Positions 57,213 through 64,000 of a stretch of 64,000 nucleotides of DNA are shown here, piece by piece (positions within the stretch are counted from its first letter, which is position 1; each line of letters opens with the position of its first letter). The translations under genes were made by a program, and so were the position numbers. The notes under the pieces were generated by a model, which ran no database searches, was not told the origin of the DNA, and saw nothing but the letters and a program-made list of their open reading frames with translations. The DNA lies in NCBI RefSeq assembly GCF_055900595.2, contig NZ_CM148325.1. The stretch is one strand, 5' to 3'.

Positions 57213-58000
57213 TAACGAATCAGACCGCGCGTTGAGCGTGCAAAGAAATCGGTAAAGGCTTTCACTTCCGGATATGTTTCCGCCAGTTCAGCAATTTCCG
57301 GTTTCACTTCATCGAGCGTTTTACCGCTACGATAAATCAGCTTATACGCATTGCGGATAGCGGTAATCGCCTCACGGCTGAATCCGCGGCGCTTCAGCCC
57401 TTCGATATTGACACCGAACGGCGTTGCGTGGTTACCCTGCGCAATGACATAAGGAGGGACGTCCTGCGCCACACCGGAGCAGCCGCCAACCATCACATGC
57501 GCACCAATGATGCAGAACTGATGGACTGCGGTCATGCCGCCGATGATCGCGAAGTCGTCAACCGATACGTGACCCGCCAGCGTTGCGTTGTTGGCGAGGA
57601 TGCAGCGGTTACCTACCGTACAATCGTGCGCAATGTGCGCGTTGATCATCAGTAAGTTGTCGCTGCCCACCTTCGTCAATCCACCGCCCTGGACTGTGCC
57701 ACGATGAATGGTGACGCTTTCGCGAATGCGGTTACGATCGCCGATTTCCACACGGGTCGGTTCGCCAGCATATTTAAGATCCTGGTTGACTTCGCCGATG
57801 GAGGCGAACTGATAAATCTCATTGTCGCGGCCAATTTTAGTATGACCATTCACGACAACGTGAGATTTCAGTACGGTACCCTCACCAATTTCGACATGGG
57901 GTCCAACGATACAAAAAGGACCAATGTGAGCATTGGCGGCAATCGATGCGCCCTCTTCCACAATGGCGGTTGGATGCACAAAGGCGGATTTATCAATCAC
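57212..58000 (-). CDS. lpxA: UDP-N-acetylglucosamine O-acyltransferase
   Basis: 262-aa ORF with left-handed beta-helix hexapeptide repeats; starts [18 protein letters not shown]. Confidence 0.96.
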   Translation of the reverse strand: MIDKSAFVHPTAIVEEGASIAANAHIGPFCIVGPHVEIGEGTVLKSHVVVNGHTKIGRDNEIYQFASIGEVNQDLKYAGEPTRVEIGDRNRIRESVTIHRGTVQGGGLTKVGSDNLLMINAHIAHDCTVGNRCILANNATLAGHVSVDDFAIIGGMTAVHQFCIIGAHVMVGGCSGVAQDVPPYVIAQGNHATPFGVNIEGLKRRGFSREAITAIRNAYKLIYRSGKTLDEVKPEIAELAETYPEVKAFTDFFARSTRGLIR

Positions 58001-58003
58001 GTA

Positions 58004-58459
58004 TCAGGCCTCCCGGCTACGAGCACACATCATCGTTGCTTCGCAAACTACTTTACCGTCGACCAGAGCAACCCCTTTAAAACGGGTCAGGCCGCGGCGC
58101 GTTTTTTCGAAAGTGACTTCCATGATCATTTGATCGCCTGGCACGACCGGGCGCTTGAAGCGCGCTTCGTCAATACCGGCGAAGTAGTACAGCTCGCCCG
58201 GTTCCAGTTTTCCTACGCTCTTAAACGCCAGAATACCTGTTGCCTGTGCCATTGCTTCCAGAATAAGCACACCCGGGAAAATCGGTTTTCCAGGAAAATG
58301 GCCCTGGAAGAATGGCTCATTGACAGAGACATTTTTTACTGCGCGCAGAAAACGACCTTCTTCAAAATCCAGCACGCGATCTACCAGTAAGAACGGGAAA
58401 CGGTGCGGCAGAAGTTCTAAAATCTCTTCAATCTGCAGAGTATGAGTGTTAGTAGTCAA
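58004..58459 (-). CDS. fabZ: 3-hydroxyacyl-ACP dehydratase FabZ
   Basis: ORF 58004-58552 trimmed to a non-ATG (TTG) start, giving (M)[31 protein letters not shown]... (151 aa), as in E. coli. Confidence 0.9.
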
Positions 58460-58563
58460 GATACTCTTCCTGTCAAAATATAAGAAACGACAATAATAAC
58501 ACGGCCTGCCGCAATCGTAAGAATGAGACAGGCCGTAAAGTTTGGCGAACAAAAGATGGAACG

Positions 58564-59589
58564 TTAGTCTTGTTGATTAACCTTGCGCTCAAGCGATTTC
58601 AAACGCTTGCTCATGTCATCAATGTTCATCACCAGTGCAGCGGTTTTGCGCCAGACTTTGTTGGGTTGCAGCGGAATGCCTGAGGAATAGACGCCTGGTT
58701 CAGTGATGGGACGCATCACCATACCCATGCCCGTAACCGTCACTTTGTCGCATATTTCCATATGCCCATTGATTACGCTGGCTCCGCCGATCATGCAGTA
58801 ACGACCAATTTTCAGGCTTCCCGCCATAATGACGCCACCGGCAACCGCCGTATTGTCGCCAATCACGACGTTATGTGCAATCTGGCACTGGTTATCAATG
58901 ATCACGCCATTGCCAATAACGGTGTCATCCAGCGCACCGCGATCGATAGTAGTACAGGCACCGATCTCCACGCGATCGCCAATAATTACGCGACCAATCT
59001 GCGGGATCTTCACCCAGTTACCCCGATCGTTGGCATAACCAAAGCCGTCTGCGCCTACCACTGTTCCGGACTGGATCAGGCAATTCTGACCGATCTGGAT
59101 CTCATGGTAAATGGTTACGTTCGCCCAGAGACGCGAACCTGCACCTATTTTGCTGTTTTTACCTACGAAGCAACCGGCACCGATAATCACGTTATCGCCC
59201 AGTTCAACGCCGGACTCAATCACCGCGTTAGCGCCAATCGATACGTTGTTACCCAGCTTCGCCGTCGCGTCGATCACCGCACTGGGTGCAATGTTCTGCG
59301 CGGGCTGCGGCGTGGTATCTAAAATTTGCGCCATGCGCGCGTAAGTCAGGTAGGGGTTCTTCACTACCAGCGCGGCACTTTTCGCGAAAGGAAGATCGTC
59401 CTGGGTCATGACAACCGCGGACGCCTGGCACAAGCCTAAATGCTCACGGTATTTTGGGTTAACCATGAACGTGATGTGACCTGTTTGTGCAGATTGCATG
59501 GACGCAACGCCGGTGATGACGATATCGCCATCACCGTGTAGTTCTGCATCCAACTGCTGCGCTAAATCAGCCAGTCGAATTGAAGGCAT
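58564..59589 (-). CDS. lpxD: UDP-3-O-(3-hydroxymyristoyl)glucosamine N-acyltransferase
   Basis: 341-aa ORF with hexapeptide repeats; [22 protein letters not shown]. Confidence 0.96.
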
Positions 59590-59592
59590 TAC

Positions 59593-60078
59593 TTATTTAA
59601 CCTGTTTCAGTACGTCAGCAGTGATGTCTTTTACATCGCTGCTGTTGTAAGCAACGGCGTTTGCATCAACAACCAGATCGATATCCTGGCTGTTGGCAAC
59701 GGATTTCACAGCAGTCTGGATACGAGTAACCAGTTTGCCGCGTTCTTCGTTGGAACGACGAGCGCGATCCTGCTCAAAAGCCTGCGCTTTCTGAGCAAAA
59801 GTCTGGCGCTGAGCCATCACGTCTTTTTCCAGTTTGGTACGATCGCTGCCCGCTTTCATGGACTGCAGCTTTTTCATTTTAGCCTGCAGATCGGTTTCCA
59901 TACGCTGCAGTTCGCTGGCACGGCCTTTGAACTCATTTTCCAGCGTGTTAGAAACACCGGTTTTCTGCGCTACCTGCTGGAACAGGCTGCCCATATTGAC
60001 GATTGCAATTTTGTCAGCCGCCTGAGCAGAAGTTGCCAGTGCTAAACCGAGACCTGCAGCTAATAACCACTTTTTCAC
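59593..60078 (-). CDS. skp: Periplasmic chaperone Skp
   Basis: 161-aa ORF with signal peptide and basic coiled-coil body; [20 protein letters not shown]. Confidence 0.96.
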   Translation of the reverse strand: MKKWLLAAGLGLALATSAQAADKIAIVNMGSLFQQVAQKTGVSNTLENEFKGRASELQRMETDLQAKMKKLQSMKAGSDRTKLEKDVMAQRQTFAQKAQAFEQDRARRSNEERGKLVTRIQTAVKSVANSQDIDLVVDANAVAYNSSDVKDITADVLKQVK

Positions 60079-60199
60079 AATAAACTCCTTACCATCCCAT
60101 TTGCACCGGAGGGTGCAGTTCTTTGCGTGGCCCGGCGATCTTATATTGATCGCCTAAAGTCATCGCTACACTACCACTACATTCCTTTGTGGAGAACAC

Positions 60200-62650
<2,451 letters not shown>

Positions 62651-62661
62651 CTAACTAACTC

Positions 62662-64000
62662 TCATAACCGAGAGAAATCATTGAAAAGTGCAAGCCCCAT
62701 TAACAGCACCAGCAGAATCGAGCCAATGCGATAACAAAAGTCTTGAACCCGCTCGGATACCGGTCCGCCCTTGATCTTTTCGATCGCAAGGAACAGCAGA
62801 TGCCCCCCATCAAGTACGGGCAACGGAAACAGGTTAATTATCCCTAAGTTCACGCTAATGAGCGCAAGAAACGGCAGGTAATAAACAACCCCGAGTTCCG
62901 CTGTCATCCCAGCCCCCTTGGCGATAGAGATCGGCCCACTGAGGTTGTTCAGTTTCACATCACCGGTGATCAATTTTCCCAGCATACTGACCGTCAGCTT
63001 CATCAGCTGCCACGTTTTGTCCGTGGCTTCGACGATAGCGTTGAACGGCCCATACTGGCGTACAACTTTATACTCATCTGGCAAAGGAATGACTTTCTGC
63101 TCAATACCGACAAAACCAATCGCCTTACCATTACCCGGTTTACTCTCCGGGATTAATGTCAAAGACAAGGGACTCCCCTGTCTTTCGATTTCTAACGCTA
63201 AGGATTTACCCGGGTTATCCCGGACAAGCATCACAAAGGTCACCCACTGCGTTAAGGACTGACCATCGACTTTAACGATCCTGTCGCCTGCTTGCAAACC
63301 TGCCTTGCTTGCGGCCGAGTTTGGCTGCACATTTTCCAGTACAGGTTCAATTTGCGGGCCACGAGGACGAATCCCCAGCGAAGATACCGGATCTTCTTTA
63401 TCAGGCTCAAACGCCCAGTGACGTAAATCGAGCTTTACATCCCGTCGTTGGTCGCTGCCAAATGGCGCTACCGTAATGGTGGTGCTTTCATCGCCAATTT
63501 TATCGACCAACTGCAAACGCACGGCATCCCAATCAGGCGTTTCGATACCATCTACGGCTTTTAGTTCCGTACCTGGTGCAATTTGTGCTTCCGCAGCTAT
63601 CGAATTGGCTGCTATTTCGCCAACCACCGGACGTACGCCAGGTACACCAATAATAAAAACCAGCCAGTAGGCAAAGATAGCAAAAATGAAGTTTGCAACC
63701 GGACCTGCGGCAATAATCGCCGCACGTTGGCCGACAGATTTATTATTGAAGGCATGGTGGCGGAGTTCCGGAACAACCGGTTCTGCGCGCTCATCCAGCA
63801 TTTTGACATAACCGCCCAACGGGATCAGGGCGATGACATATTCGGTGCCTAGCTTATCAGTTCGGCGCCAGAGCGCCTTGCCAAAACCTATTGAGAAACG
63901 CTCAACACGAACACCACAACGCCGGGCAACCCAGAAATGACCAAATTCATGCACGGTGATAAGTACACCCAGTGCAACGATGAACGAAGCCAAATCCCAG
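62662..64000 (-). CDS. rseP: Regulator of sigma-E protease RseP (site-2 protease), 5' end truncated by window edge
   Basis: ORF runs to the window end; HEFGHF zinc-metalloprotease motif and PDZ region present. The first few codons lie beyond position 64000. Confidence 0.93.
   Translation of the reverse strand, partial: WDLASFIVALGVLITVHEFGHFWVARRCGVRVERFSIGFGKALWRRTDKLGTEYVIALIPLGGYVKMLDERAEPVVPELRHHAFNNKSVGQRAAIIAAGPVANFIFAIFAYWLVFIIGVPGVRPVVGEIAANSIAAEAQIAPGTELKAVDGIETPDWDAVRLQLVDKIGDESTTITVAPFGSDQRRDVKLDLRHWAFEPDKEDPVSSLGIRPRGPQIEPVLENVQPNSAASKAGLQAGDRIVKVDGQSLTQWVTFVMLVRDNPGKSLALEIERQGSPLSLTLIPESKPGNGKAIGFVGIEQKVIPLPDEYKVVRQYGPFNAIVEATDKTWQLMKLTVSMLGKLITGDVKLNNLSGPISIAKGAGMTAELGVVYYLPFLALISVNLGIINLFPLPVLDGGHLLFLAIEKIKGGPVSERVQDFCYRIGSILLVLLMGLALFNDFSRL

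Noticed and set aside
57704-59322. Plus-strand ORFs of 228 and 186 aa opposite lpxA, fabZ and lpxD
   Set aside because: Antisense to hexapeptide-repeat genes, whose repetitive codon structure generates long open reverse frames.

Overview
This window reads as an Escherichia coli chromosomal segment, in reverse orientation relative to the K-12 map, with a horizontally acquired type VI secretion system (T6SS) island in the first ~22.6 kb. All calls below come from reading the ORF translations and sequence by eye; no database search or computation was run. The island sits next to tRNA-Asp (aspV) and is organised as two divergent operons: clpV-tssB-tssC-hcp-tssJ-tssK-tssL-[two AT-rich genes]-tssM-tagF-like-[effector/immunity pair] on the minus strand, and fha-like-tagJ-tssE-tssF-tssG-tssA on the plus strand. 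No vgrG or PAAR gene is inside the window. The best candidates for undescribed biology are the two AT-rich modules embedded in the GC-rich T6SS core: a FlgJ-like glucosaminidase candidate effector with an overlapping signal-peptide immunity gene (207-1135), and a lysozyme-like gene plus small 3-TM membrane gene between tssL and tssM (5796-6766). A degenerate duplicate of the tagF 3' end (81-200) lies just beyond the first module, suggesting cassette exchange by recombination. The rest is conserved housekeeping: dnaQ, rnhA, yafS, gloB, mltD, yafE, yafD, yafC, dkgB, an IS200-type insertion, the complete rrnH operon (16S, tRNA-Ile, tRNA-Ala, 23S, 5S, tRNA-Asp), gmhB, metNIQ, rcsF, tsaA, proS, yaeF, nlpE, arfB, yaeQ, yaeP, rof, tilS, yaeR, ldcC, accA, dnaE, rnhB, lpxB, lpxA, fabZ, lpxD, skp, bamA and the 3' part of rseP. 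No CRISPR array was seen.
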